Assembly (NCBI GenBank): GCA_963977015.1
Contig: CAXBMO010000008.1
Location: forward strand, 128,001-192,000
Origin: an uncultured bacterium
Lineage (GTDB): Bacteria > Verrucomicrobiota > Verrucomicrobiia > Verrucomicrobiales > DEV007
DNA length: 64,000 nt
Reading direction: 5' to 3'
Part shown: in pieces, positions 29,239 through 38,846 of the stretch
Position numbering within the stretch: position 1 is the stretch's first letter
Layout of the letters: the number at the start of each line of letters is the position of its first letter
The notes under the pieces: generated by a model
What the model was told of the DNA's origin: nothing
What the model saw: only the letters and a program-made list of their open reading frames with translations
Databases searched by the model: none
Translations under genes and position numbers: made by a program

Positions 29239-30241
29239 CGGTCTCCACCGGGGCTCGCCCCCGTGGAACCAAGATCAACAACAGACCTGATCCCCAAATC
29301 TCTCGCCCCAACCGGGTTCACCCCGGTTGAGCGCTGACGCCTTTCTGAACCGCGTTGAACGTGTATTCGCCGACCGTTCCCACAAACCCGCCAAACTGAA
29401 AGACGGGTTTCATCCCATGTGCGAACGCCAGGTTGTTCAGAAACCCCAGCGCCACCTCCTGCGGCGATTGCTCGAAAGGACATCCGGCCAGGATATGAAC
29501 GTGGTCGGGAAGGATTCCCGCTTCAGCGAGCAAGTATCCTTTGGCCTGGGACGACTGCTCGATCATCCGGCTCACTTTCCTCAGAACATCATCGTTGATA
29601 GTGTTGGTACGCCCCTAGTGCACCAACACCAAGTGCAGCGAATACGAGAACAATCCGTGAGAGGTTCGTTGGGGTTGAGCGAGGTCGATCTCAGGATGAG
29701 AGATCTGATAGGTTTGCAATCGCTCCTGGACTCCCGGGTCGGCCATTTGATGGTGTGCGAGCTGGTCGGAAACATAGTTTTCGATCACATCGCGGGTGAT
29801 CTTCCCAAAACCATGCAGCGAGAAATTGCGCTTAAAGGCCTTGGGACGATCAGACCGAACCAGGTGTTGGAGTTTGCCTTTGACCCGTTGAACGATCGTG
29901 ACCGGCGCAACCTCGGGCGGCGATGAAACCCAAAACTGGCTGGCCCCGGTTTCCGTAAACCGGTGGGAGTTGATCCGGAGACCATCGGGTTCGGTGGCTT
30001 CTATTAGTTGGGGTAACCATCGATCGTCGTGGCAAGGTTCTCGCCAAAATACGCTCACGCTCCAGTTGAGCGGATGGGAGAAGCGACAGTTTTCCGCGGT
30101 GTAGATGGGTTCGCGGTTGGCCATTCCTCTTAGGTCGGGTCATCGCACCTTCGGGGCAAGCCCGAAGGTGGCGTCTTTTTTTGGGGGATACTTTCTGTTG
30201 TTGATCGGGGTTCCCACGGGGACGAGCCCCGGTGGAGACCG
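29239..30241. mobile_element. ~1-kb IS200-related element bounded by ~100-bp imperfect inverted repeats
   Basis: Left 29239-29338 and right 30139-30241 are reverse complements (cggtctccaccggggctcg..., gatcaacaacaga..., then an inner hairpin), flanking a Y1 transposase gene. Confidence 0.75.
29318..30124 (-). pseudogene. Tandem-domain IS200/IS605-family (Y1/HUH) transposase, interrupted by one in-frame TAG
   Basis: ORFs 29615-30124 and 29318-29575 are in the same frame, separated only by TAG (29615-29617). Motifs VSSPP..IVQRVKG, VIENYVSDQ, SH...LHLVLV, PDHVHIL, FVGTVG. Confidence 0.8.
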
Positions 30242-30395
30242 AACTTTGCTGATCTGGGAAATCGTTGCAACGACGACGAAAACGTAATTGGTCCCGGGCC
30301 GGCCACTGAACTGCTCGTAGATGCGGTCCACGTTGCCCACGACAATAGAATCGTTGCGCCGGTAAAGCCCTGACGGGTCAGTCGATACGCCCTCC

Positions 30396-32675
30396 TTACG
30401 ACAAATTGTAGGCATCGACATCGATCGTGACAATGACGTCTTCCGGGAAGGTCATGCCGGCGAGGTGTTTGCGGATGTGCTCGGTGATTTTCCTCGGATT
30501 CTTCGCTCTCAGCAAAACCTGGAACCGGAACTGGCCGGCGGCCTTGATGAGGGGGGAGGGCATGGGATCGGTGAGGCGGATTTCCTCGGGAAGGTCGCGC
30601 TGCATGCGCTTGACGAGCGTTTGCAGGGAGAATTCGGCCTTGCGCTCGTGCTCGGAGCGGGTGGTGATGACGGTGACGTGGGCGTAGGGCGGGAAACCAA
30701 GCGCCTTGCGGGCTTCCAATTCCTGATCCGCAAATCCGTCGAAATCATGATGGCGGGCAAACTGGATGGAAGGGTTGTGGGGAGTGTAGGTCTGGATGAT
30801 GACTTCTCCTAACAGGTGACCTCTTCCTGCCCGGCCGGCAACCTGGGTCAGCAGCTGGAAGGTGCGTTCGCCCGCACGGAAATCCGGGATGTGGAGACTG
30901 ATGTCAGCGGCGAGAACGCCGACGAGAGTGACGTTGGGAAAGTGCAGTCCCTTAGCGATCATCTGGGTGCCGATGAGGATGTCGTATTTCTGCGCCTTGA
31001 ACGAGTTCAGCGTTTCCTGGAGTTGGCCCTTGCGCTTCATCGCATCGGTATCGACCCGGGCAATTTTGGCTTTGCGGAAGAGCTTGTTGAGCACTCCCTC
31101 GACGCGTTCCGTGCCATAACCGGCAAAGTGGATGGAGGGGCTGGAGCATTCCGGGCATTTGCGGAGCGGAATGCGTTGGAAGCCGCAAATGTGGCAGATC
31201 ATCCGGCTGTCGTTTTCGTGAAACGTGAGCGTGACACTGCAGTGCGGGCATTCGACACGATGACCACAATCCTGGCAAAGCACGGACGGGGAAAACCCGC
31301 GACGGTTCAGAAAGAGAATGGTTTGCTCTCCGCGGTCGAGACGTTGCTCGATCGCAATGCGGAGCGGCTCGGAGATGATCGAAACTCCCCCCTTGTCTTT
31401 GCGGGATTTCCCTTCCGTCCGCATATCGACCACGCGGGTCAACGGGAGCGCCTGGGCGTCGGCGCGTTGGGTCAGCTCAATCAACTGATACTTCCCGGTT
31501 TGGGCGTTGTGGAAGGATTCGAGCGCGGGGGTCGCACTTCCGAGCAGCAGCGTTGCATGCTCCAATCTCGCACGCACCACGCTGATGTCCCGGCCCTGAT
31601 AACGGGGCGGGCTTTCCTGCTTGTAGGTGTTTTCGTGTTCCTCATCCACCACGATCAGCCCCACGTTTTCCAACGGTGCGAAGATGGCACTGCGAGCGCC
31701 AATCACGATCCTGGCTTTCCCATCGAGGATTTTGCGCCACTCATCGTGGCGTTCGCCGTCGCTGAGATGGCTGTGGAGAATCGCGACCTGATCCTGAATC
31801 GCGGCAAACCGGCGTTTGAAGCGTTCGGTCGTTTGTGGCGTGAGTGAGATTTCCGGAACGAGAACGATGCTGCTTCGTCCGCGCTCCAGCGTCTCGGCGA
31901 TTGCCTGGAGGTAGACTTCGGTTTTTCCGCTGCCGGTGACGCCCTTGAGCAAAATCGGCTTCTTTTGCTCGGCATCCATGTCCGCGAAAACCGCTTTCAG
32001 AGCCTCGTCCTGCTCGTCGTTGAGTTGCAGGGCGCTGCTTTCGAGAAATTCTTCATCCTGCTGAAACGGATCGCGTTGCTGAATTTGATCGCCGACTTCG
32101 ACCCAACCCAATTCTTCGAGCCGTTTGACTGCGGAGGGGGCGCTGCCGTGCTCGGCGCTCAACGTCGACAAGAGCATTGGGGTTTCCGGATTGCGCATCA
32201 GTGACTCGAGAATCGCGGCCTGGCGCCGGGCCCGTTTTTGCAACCCTTGGAGATCTTCCTCGGTCGGCTGCTTCTTGAGGAGAACCGCTTTCTGGGTCTT
32301 GAAACCTCCCGAGCCGGTTCGCACAACTTCGGGAATCATGCCGCGGACGGCGGTTTCCAGCCGGCACGCGTAATACTCGCTCATCCACTCCGCCAAACGA
32401 AGCAGAACGCTGGAAATCAGGGGCTTCGGGTGCAGCAGGTTGAGGACGTTCCGTAATTTGAAGCCTTCCTGACCGGCGATCGGCGCAACCTTGATAATCG
32501 TTCCGTTGACCTTGCGGTTCCGCAGGGGAACGCCGACCCGGCATCCCGCCAGGGCGCGATCGCTCATCGCCTTGGGAATGGCATACCAAAGCTCAAGGTC
32601 AGGTGCTTCATCGACGAGGACGAGGCACTTGGTCGTGGCTTGGTCGCTGATTCCGACGAGTTGCCCCTGCTGCAT
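30396..32675 (-). CDS. priA: Primosomal protein N' (replication restart helicase)
   Basis: GVTGSGKTEVY, VPEISLTPQ, DEEHE, four CxxC, GTQMIAKG, QVAGRAGR. Confidence 0.97.
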   Translation of the reverse strand: MQQGQLVGISDQATTKCLVLVDEAPDLELWYAIPKAMSDRALAGCRVGVPLRNRKVNGTIIKVAPIAGQEGFKLRNVLNLLHPKPLISSVLLRLAEWMSEYYACRLETAVRGMIPEVVRTGSGGFKTQKAVLLKKQPTEEDLQGLQKRARRQAAILESLMRNPETPMLLSTLSAEHGSAPSAVKRLEELGWVEVGDQIQQRDPFQQDEEFLESSALQLNDEQDEALKAVFADMDAEQKKPILLKGVTGSGKTEVYLQAIAETLERGRSSIVLVPEISLTPQTTERFKRRFAAIQDQVAILHSHLSDGERHDEWRKILDGKARIVIGARSAIFAPLENVGLIVVDEEHENTYKQESPPRYQGRDISVVRARLEHATLLLGSATPALESFHNAQTGKYQLIELTQRADAQALPLTRVVDMRTEGKSRKDKGGVSIISEPLRIAIEQRLDRGEQTILFLNRRGFSPSVLCQDCGHRVECPHCSVTLTFHENDSRMICHICGFQRIPLRKCPECSSPSIHFAGYGTERVEGVLNKLFRKAKIARVDTDAMKRKGQLQETLNSFKAQKYDILIGTQMIAKGLHFPNVTLVGVLAADISLHIPDFRAGERTFQLLTQVAGRAGRGHLLGEVIIQTYTPHNPSIQFARHHDFDGFADQELEARKALGFPPYAHVTVITTRSEHERKAEFSLQTLVKRMQRDLPEEIRLTDPMPSPLIKAAGQFRFQVLLRAKNPRKITEHIRKHLAGMTFPEDVIVTIDVDAYNLS

Positions 32676-32792
32676 CGGCGCAGGTTCATTTGCCGAGGAT
32701 GTTGGTGGTTCGGTCAGGATACCACCTTGGACGGGTAAACGCGGGCTTTCAATCAGGGATTAGCCCTGCGAACGAATGCGCCGAACAGGCCG

Positions 32793-33623
32793 TCAGGCGA
32801 CCAAACGCGGCTCGGGCAGCTTTTCCCCGCCGATTTCGAGTCCCCGAATCGCTCGGAGATCCTCGGCGCCTTGGCTGATCCGGAAATCCTCATAGTTGAT
32901 CAGCTCAAATTCGCCCGGCTTTTTCTCAACGATCGCCGTCATGGATTCGACCCAGTCTCCGCTGTTGAGGTAGTGAACGTCCTCGATCATTTTGTTCGCC
33001 GCGGTGTGAATGTGGCCGCAAATAATGCCTTTGCAGTTCCGGCCTTTGGCAAACTGATGCAACTGATCCTCGTAACGATCGATAAAGCTCAAGGCGGATT
33101 TGACCCGGGCTTTGACGCGTTTGCTGAGTGAGTAATAGGTTTTGCCGCGCCAGGCACGCCAGCGATTGTAAAGGCGATTGATGCGGAGAAGCGTGTCGTA
33201 GCCGAACGAACCGAGAACGGCGATGGCCTTGCAACTGGTGGTTACGGAATCAAATCCGTCGCCGTGAACCACGAGATACTTCCCTTGCGGGGTCTCGTGA
33301 ATGTATTCCTGCTCCATCGTCAGTTTGCCGAAGGCAAGGGGAAGGAAGCGTTCGAGGACGTCGTCATGATTTCCGCGGAGGTAGATGACTTCCATGTCCT
33401 CTTTCTCCATTTTTTTGAGGACGGTGCGGACGAACTTGGTGTGGGAGTCGCGCCATTTTCCTCCGGCTTTGAGGGCCCACCCATCCACGATGTCTCCGTT
33501 CAAGACGAGGCGCTTGCAATGGTGCGCTTTGAGGAACTGGGTTGCTTCAACCGCTTTCGAGTCGCGGGTTCCGAGGTGGATGTCAGACAGGAAAAGAGTT
33601 TCGCAGTCGATCTTTTCTTTCAC
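32793..33623 (-). CDS. Calcineurin-like metallophosphoesterase (LpxH-like / PlcP-type phospholipase C)
   Basis: SDIHLG, NGDIVDGW, GNHDD, HGDGFD, CGHIH, YLNSGDWVES. Confidence 0.88.
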   Translation of the reverse strand: MKEKIDCETLFLSDIHLGTRDSKAVEATQFLKAHHCKRLVLNGDIVDGWALKAGGKWRDSHTKFVRTVLKKMEKEDMEVIYLRGNHDDVLERFLPLAFGKLTMEQEYIHETPQGKYLVVHGDGFDSVTTSCKAIAVLGSFGYDTLLRINRLYNRWRAWRGKTYYSLSKRVKARVKSALSFIDRYEDQLHQFAKGRNCKGIICGHIHTAANKMIEDVHYLNSGDWVESMTAIVEKKPGEFELINYEDFRISQGAEDLRAIRGLEIGGEKLPEPRLVA

Positions 33624-33628
33624 GGTGC

Positions 33629-34780
33629 TTAGTGGGTTAGGGTAGTGGTGGCTTGTTCTTCGGGTAGACTTGAATCCTCTCCAACCATCTCCATCAGGTT
33701 GGTCTCAAAACGCTTCGCCACTTTCTTCCAACGCACTTTGCGCGCACTGTTGCGGGCCTCTTCTCTCACTTCGGACAGTTTGGGGAATTGCGCGGCATGG
33801 ATTGCTTTTTCCACGAATGCCTCCTCATCCCCAAACGGTGCGGTAAAACCGTTTTCCTCATCAATAATGTGCTGCCGTGCGGCAACGTAGTGGTAGGCAA
33901 TCACGGCAAGACCGCTGGCCATCGCCTCCAGCGTGACGTTGCCGAAGGTTTCCGTCATGCTGGGAAATACGAACAGGTCTGCCGAGGCGTAGCATCGCCC
34001 CAATTCCTCGCCAAACTGGGGACCGGCGTAGACGAATTCCGGGTGCGTCGATTTCAGCTCTTCCAGTTTGGGTCCTTCTCCAACGAAGATGCCGCAAAAG
34101 TCCGGGTATCGTCGTTTCAACTCGGAAAACGTTCGCACGACGAGCGGCAGATTCTTCTCGGCGGCGATGCGGCCGACGAAGAGTCCGACGAGCGATCCTT
34201 CGGTGGCTCCCCATTGGTGGCGAAGAAATGGATCGCGCTTTTGCGGAGTGAATTTGTCGGTATCGACGCCTCGGGGAAGGAGTTCCAGGTTGCAGAACCC
34301 CTGACGCTCCAGTTCTTCGATCGTATCCTGGGTGGGAGCGAAGGTGCAGTCCGAGCGATTGTGAACGTGCCGAAGGTAGCTCATGGTTGCCCGTTCCAGG
34401 AGCGGGAGTTGGTAGTGGGCGACATACTGCTGGAAGTTGGTGTGGAAGCCGCTGGCGACGGGAATATCGAGCGCCCGAGCCGCGTTGATGGCGGAAGTGC
34501 CGAGCGGAGTCTCCGTGGCCACGTAAATCACGTCGGGCCGGTTGCGAAACCAGCGCGCCTGAAGAATCAGCCCCATGGGCAGACCGACCCGCACTTCGGG
34601 ATAGCCGGGAAGCGCCACCGAAGGGACCTGCATCCCCACTTCGTCGGAAGCGAGGCTGGAAGGCCGAATCACGTCAATGTCGTGCCCGCGTTGCCGGAGT
34701 TCCTCGACGAGGCGCCGCAAGGTGTTGGCCACCCCATTGAGTTGGGGGGCGTAGGTATCGGTAACGAACGTGATCTTCAT
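33629..34780 (-). CDS. GT-B glycosyltransferase family 4 (Agt/MgtA-like)
   Basis: TDTY.PQ.NGV, HTNF..Y, RGVD, VGRIAAEKNL, FPSMTETFGNVTLEAMASG. Confidence 0.9.
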   Translation of the reverse strand: MKITFVTDTYAPQLNGVANTLRRLVEELRQRGHDIDVIRPSSLASDEVGMQVPSVALPGYPEVRVGLPMGLILQARWFRNRPDVIYVATETPLGTSAINAARALDIPVASGFHTNFQQYVAHYQLPLLERATMSYLRHVHNRSDCTFAPTQDTIEELERQGFCNLELLPRGVDTDKFTPQKRDPFLRHQWGATEGSLVGLFVGRIAAEKNLPLVVRTFSELKRRYPDFCGIFVGEGPKLEELKSTHPEFVYAGPQFGEELGRCYASADLFVFPSMTETFGNVTLEAMASGLAVIAYHYVAARQHIIDEENGFTAPFGDEEAFVEKAIHAAQFPKLSEVREEARNSARKVRWKKVAKRFETNLMEMVGEDSSLPEEQATTTLTH

Positions 34781-34873
34781 AAACCTCTGATTCGGGGATC
34801 ATAAAACTGTTTAAAGACGCCTAACAATTTGCCATTCGTTCCTTTTTTGTCACATGCCGCCGGATCGTTGGCC

Positions 34874-34895
34874 AATGTGACGAGATCGTCACGTT
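34874..34895. promoter_or_regulatory. Candidate palindromic transcription-factor site in a divergent promoter region
   Basis: aa-t-GTGACGA-ga-TCGTCAC-g-tt. Confidence 0.4.
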
Positions 34896-34929
34896 TTGGA
34901 GAAAAGCGAAGCTTCGTGTATGTGTAGTA

Positions 34930-36669
34930 TTGAGCTTGTCCAACCCCAATCCACTTTATCTGATCGATGCCATCGGCCCGTTTTTTCGGGGATACGAACG
35001 TGTTCGGATCAACTGGTCGAAAATTCCCTGGCGACGCTTTCGCAAGCTCAGTCCTGAGGATCGGGCCGAGTTGTTCGGCCAGGTTGAGGAGGACATGGAA
35101 CGTTTTACGCGACGGGCTGCGGAGACCGGGTTCAATGCGGTGAGTTTGGATGACGTTCCTCATTTGGCGCTCCACGAGCATTACGAGGGCGAAACCAACG
35201 ACCTGATTCACGCCTACCGCGAAGCGTTTCGCGCGATCTTTGAGATCTGCAATCGGGCTGGAATGGAAGTTTTCCTGACGATGGACGTGATGTCCTGGGC
35301 GCCGGGTTTGCGGGAGAAGATTGGCTCAGGCGAACGCGCGACGAACGCGTTCATCGCGGACCTGCTGGAACGGTTTTTCGAAGATTTTCCGGAAGTGGCG
35401 GGCGTGATTATTCGGATTGGGGAATCCGATGGCCTCGACGTGAAGGACGATTTTCACAGCGACCTGCATCTCAAGAATCCGGCCATGGTGAATCGATTTC
35501 TTCGCCACGTGTTACCGGTTTTTGAGAAGCACAACCGTCGTTGCGTATTTCGAACCTGGACCGTTGGGGCGCACCATGTGGGCGATCTGATTTGGCGGAA
35601 CAGTACCTTGGAACGCTCGATCGTCGGGATCGAAAGCGACGCGCTGATTCTGTCGATGAAATACGGGGAATCCGACTTCTTTCGCTATCTCAGCCTCAAT
35701 CGCAATTTCTACGTGACCAGGTTGCCGAAGATTGTGGAACTCCAGACCCGGCGAGAATACGAGGGAGCCGGTGAATATCCCAGCTTTGTGGGGTGGGATT
35801 ATGAAAGCATTGCGGATGATTTGAAAGAGGCCCCCAACGTCATTGGAATCATGGCGTGGTGTCAGACGGGCGGTTGGCACCCGTTCCGGCGTCTAACCTG
35901 GCTGGAAAGCAGCTCAATCTGGACGGAGATCGATACCCACGTCACCCTGCGGCTCTTCAAACATGATGAATCCGTCGAGACCGCGATTCAGACGTTTCCC
36001 GGTTGTGAGCCCGGAACCCGATCCGCCTGGGTTGAACTGTTGCGACTGTCTCACGAAGTGGTGACCGAACTGCTTTACGTTCCGGAATTCGCCCGGCAGT
36101 CGCTCTATTTTCGCCGGGTGCGAATTCCGCCACTGATTGGGGTCTATTGGCACAACATTTTTGTGAGTCATTCCATCAAGAAGGTGCTGAAGCATTTTGT
36201 GGATGACGGTGAAGCCGCGATTCGTTCCGGTCACACCTGTCTTCGCAAGATCGACAGGATGCGTGAGCTTGCCGAGGAATGTGGTCTGCCCGTCGAGGAC
36301 ATTGACTACATGAAACACACCTTCGGTCTTTTGGCTTTGGCGCGGGAATACTTCTTCAGGCCATTTGATGAGGAGATTGTCGACCGCCTCAAGAAAGCGA
36401 AGAAGGCCTACAAAAAGCGGTATCCCCGGAAGACGAGATATCGCTACGCCGTCAAACTCGACTTCAAACCGTTCCAGATCAGCCGCAGGTCGCTGAACTG
36501 GTTCCTCAACTACTGCCTGCGGGAGCAACACACCTACCGCATCAGCGATCGGCTCTTCTTCCTGCGCTTTCTCTCGCTAATCTATGGCTTGGTCAAGCGT
36601 GCCCGTCCCAAGATGATCCCGAAATTCGCGAGAAAGAGCGCCATGGGGATCGATGCGATTTTCCGATAA
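34930..36669 (+). CDS. Uncharacterised protein, possible glycoside-hydrolase-like TIM barrel
   Basis: 579-aa ORF; GFNAVSLDD, FPEVAGVIIRIGESDG, FRTW, ELQTRREYEG loosely recall GH67-like enzymes. TTG start is uncertain. Confidence 0.6.
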   Translation: MSLSNPNPLYLIDAIGPFFRGYERVRINWSKIPWRRFRKLSPEDRAELFGQVEEDMERFTRRAAETGFNAVSLDDVPHLALHEHYEGETNDLIHAYREAFRAIFEICNRAGMEVFLTMDVMSWAPGLREKIGSGERATNAFIADLLERFFEDFPEVAGVIIRIGESDGLDVKDDFHSDLHLKNPAMVNRFLRHVLPVFEKHNRRCVFRTWTVGAHHVGDLIWRNSTLERSIVGIESDALILSMKYGESDFFRYLSLNRNFYVTRLPKIVELQTRREYEGAGEYPSFVGWDYESIADDLKEAPNVIGIMAWCQTGGWHPFRRLTWLESSSIWTEIDTHVTLRLFKHDESVETAIQTFPGCEPGTRSAWVELLRLSHEVVTELLYVPEFARQSLYFRRVRIPPLIGVYWHNIFVSHSIKKVLKHFVDDGEAAIRSGHTCLRKIDRMRELAEECGLPVEDIDYMKHTFGLLALAREYFFRPFDEEIVDRLKKAKKAYKKRYPRKTRYRYAVKLDFKPFQISRRSLNWFLNYCLREQHTYRISDRLFFLRFLSLIYGLVKRARPKMIPKFARKSAMGIDAIFR

Positions 36670-36678
36670 CGAGACTCC

Positions 36679-38295
36679 TCAGAGTCGGGCGATCGAATAG
36701 TGCGGATCGTCTTCGGCGACCTCGATTTCGATCAATGGCCCGGCTGTTTTGAGCAGTTTCTGGCATTCCGGGCTAAGATGGCGCAGCCGAACTCTCTTGC
36801 CGGCCTTTCTGTAGCGTTCGGTGAGCGTGTTGAGCGCCTCCATGCTCGAGTAGTCGCAAACCCTCGCCTCTTTGAAGTCGATAATGACTTCGTCCGGATC
36901 CTTTGCCGGGGTCAGCCGCTCCGAGAATTCTCGAACCGAGCCGAAAAAGAGCAATCCCTGGAGGTTGTAGACCCGGGTTCCGTCGTCGAGATCCTGGGGT
37001 CCCAGGCGAACGTGCTTTGCGCTTTCCCAGGCAAAAACCAGCGCGGAAACAATCACCCCGGCAAAAACGGCGAGGGCCAGATTGTGGAAAAACACGGTAA
37101 TGAGGGTGACCGTAAGAATCACGATAATCTCAGAAACGGGAACTCGGCCCACCGTTTGGAAGGTCGCCCACTCAAAGGTGCCGATCACGACCATGAACAT
37201 GACGCCGACGAGCGCTGCGATGGGGATCTGCCCGATGACGGACCCGCCCACCATGATGAAAAAGGCGAGGGCAACCGCGGCGACGATTCCTGAGGTTCGC
37301 CCGCGGCCTCCCGATTTGATGTTGATCAGGCTCTGCCCGATCATCGCACAACCGCCCATTCCGCCGAAGAGGCCGGACAGGAAATTCGCTCCACCCTGGG
37401 CAATGCATTCGCGGTTTCCGCGCCCACGGGTTTCGGTCAGGTCATCGATGAGCTGCAACGTCATGAGCGATTCAATGATTCCAACCATTGCGACGGTCAG
37501 GGCAACGGTCCCAATCATCTTGATGTTCTCCCAGGTCCAATCAATCCCGGAAGGGAAGGCGGGGAGGGGAAACGCGCCGCTGAGGACACCGCTTCCGGTT
37601 CCCTCAAACAACACGTCGGAAACGGTCTTCGATCCGACCAGGAAATAGCTGAGCAGGCCAACCGAAACAATGGCGACCAGGGTTGAGGGAACGGCCTTGG
37701 TCAATCGCGGGAAAAACTGGATGATCAACATCGTCAGGATCACCAGGAGTCCCATGCTGAAGAGCTGGTTTCCCGGAAGCCATGCGCCGTCGGGCGTTTT
37801 GAACGAGCCAAACTGGGCAAACAGAATCACGATCGCGAGGCCGTTGACGAATCCCATCATCACCGGATGCGGCACCAGGCGGATCAGGCGACCGAGGCGC
37901 AGGATACCGAAGGTGACCTGGATCAGTCCGGCAAGCATGATCGTCGCGAAGAGAAATTGGAGGCCGAGACCTTCGCCCTGGGCGTCACCGTATTGCACCA
38001 CTTTCCCGACAACGACAGCAATGGCGCCGGTTGCGCCGGAGATCATGCCGGGGCGTCCTCCGCAAGACGAGGTGATGAACCCCATGAACACCGCGGCCCA
38101 GAGCCCGACCAGCGGATCCACGCCTGCCGCAAACGAAAACGCGATGGCTTCAGGAACCAGGGCGAGGGCGACCGTCAGGCCCGAGAGAATATCGTCTTTC
38201 CAGTTTCCCCGCTTTTTGGCGGCCAAGGCAAAGCTGACTCCGGAGGCGACGCCGCGTTTCCAGTTGTCGCGATGTTTGTTGAAGAAATTGAGCAT
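36679..38295 (-). CDS. SulP family inorganic anion transporter with STAS domain
   Basis: GLTVALALVPEAIAF, GGRPGMISGATGA, GGCAMIGQS, LFFGS...D.S STAS domain. Confidence 0.94.
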   Translation of the reverse strand: MLNFFNKHRDNWKRGVASGVSFALAAKKRGNWKDDILSGLTVALALVPEAIAFSFAAGVDPLVGLWAAVFMGFITSSCGGRPGMISGATGAIAVVVGKVVQYGDAQGEGLGLQFLFATIMLAGLIQVTFGILRLGRLIRLVPHPVMMGFVNGLAIVILFAQFGSFKTPDGAWLPGNQLFSMGLLVILTMLIIQFFPRLTKAVPSTLVAIVSVGLLSYFLVGSKTVSDVLFEGTGSGVLSGAFPLPAFPSGIDWTWENIKMIGTVALTVAMVGIIESLMTLQLIDDLTETRGRGNRECIAQGGANFLSGLFGGMGGCAMIGQSLINIKSGGRGRTSGIVAAVALAFFIMVGGSVIGQIPIAALVGVMFMVVIGTFEWATFQTVGRVPVSEIIVILTVTLITVFFHNLALAVFAGVIVSALVFAWESAKHVRLGPQDLDDGTRVYNLQGLLFFGSVREFSERLTPAKDPDEVIIDFKEARVCDYSSMEALNTLTERYRKAGKRVRLRHLSPECQKLLKTAGPLIEIEVAEDDPHYSIARL

Positions 38296-38574
38296 AATGG
38301 AGGATTCGAGGACGTGGAGTCTCAGAATCGGAAGAACAGAAACGCGCGATCAAGCGGCAGGATCTGATTCGTGCAAACGCTACAGCGTCTGGTTCCGATG
38401 GCTTGGCTTTGAGGGGCGCCAAACCAAACGGCAGAGAAATGGTGGAAGGCCGGGTTGGGAGACACAATTCATCGTCTCGCGGTCAAAAAGAAGCAGCCTC
38501 TTCGGGTGGGGAGCCTTCGAACCCCGATTGAAAAGCAACTGCGAACTCGAAAAGGATCGAGTCGGAGCGAAAAT

Positions 38575-38826
38575 CTAAGCAGCAGCTTCGTCAACATTGA
38601 CGCGACGACCATTCTGATCGAAGCGAACGACGCCGTCGGTAAGCGCGAAGATCGTGTAGTCTTTTCCGAGACCCACGTTCTTTCCTGGATGCCACTTGGT
38701 TCCGCACTGGCGGAGAATGATGTTGCCAGCAATGACTTGCTCACCACCGAATTTTTTTACTCCGCGGCGTTTGCTGTTGCTGTCGCGTCCGTTCTTGACG
38801 CTACCTTGACCTTTTTTGTGTGCCAT
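38575..38826 (-). CDS. rpmA: 50S ribosomal protein L27
   Basis: [22 protein letters not shown]. Confidence 0.98.
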   Translation of the reverse strand: MAHKKGQGSVKNGRDSNSKRRGVKKFGGEQVIAGNIILRQCGTKWHPGKNVGLGKDYTIFALTDGVVRFDQNGRRVNVDEAAA

Positions 38827-38846
38827 GAGTCCGGAAAGTTAAACGA

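Noticed and set aside
38296-38574. Structured leader or riboswitch upstream of the SulP gene
   Set aside because: Only short hairpins; no family motif that I can support.
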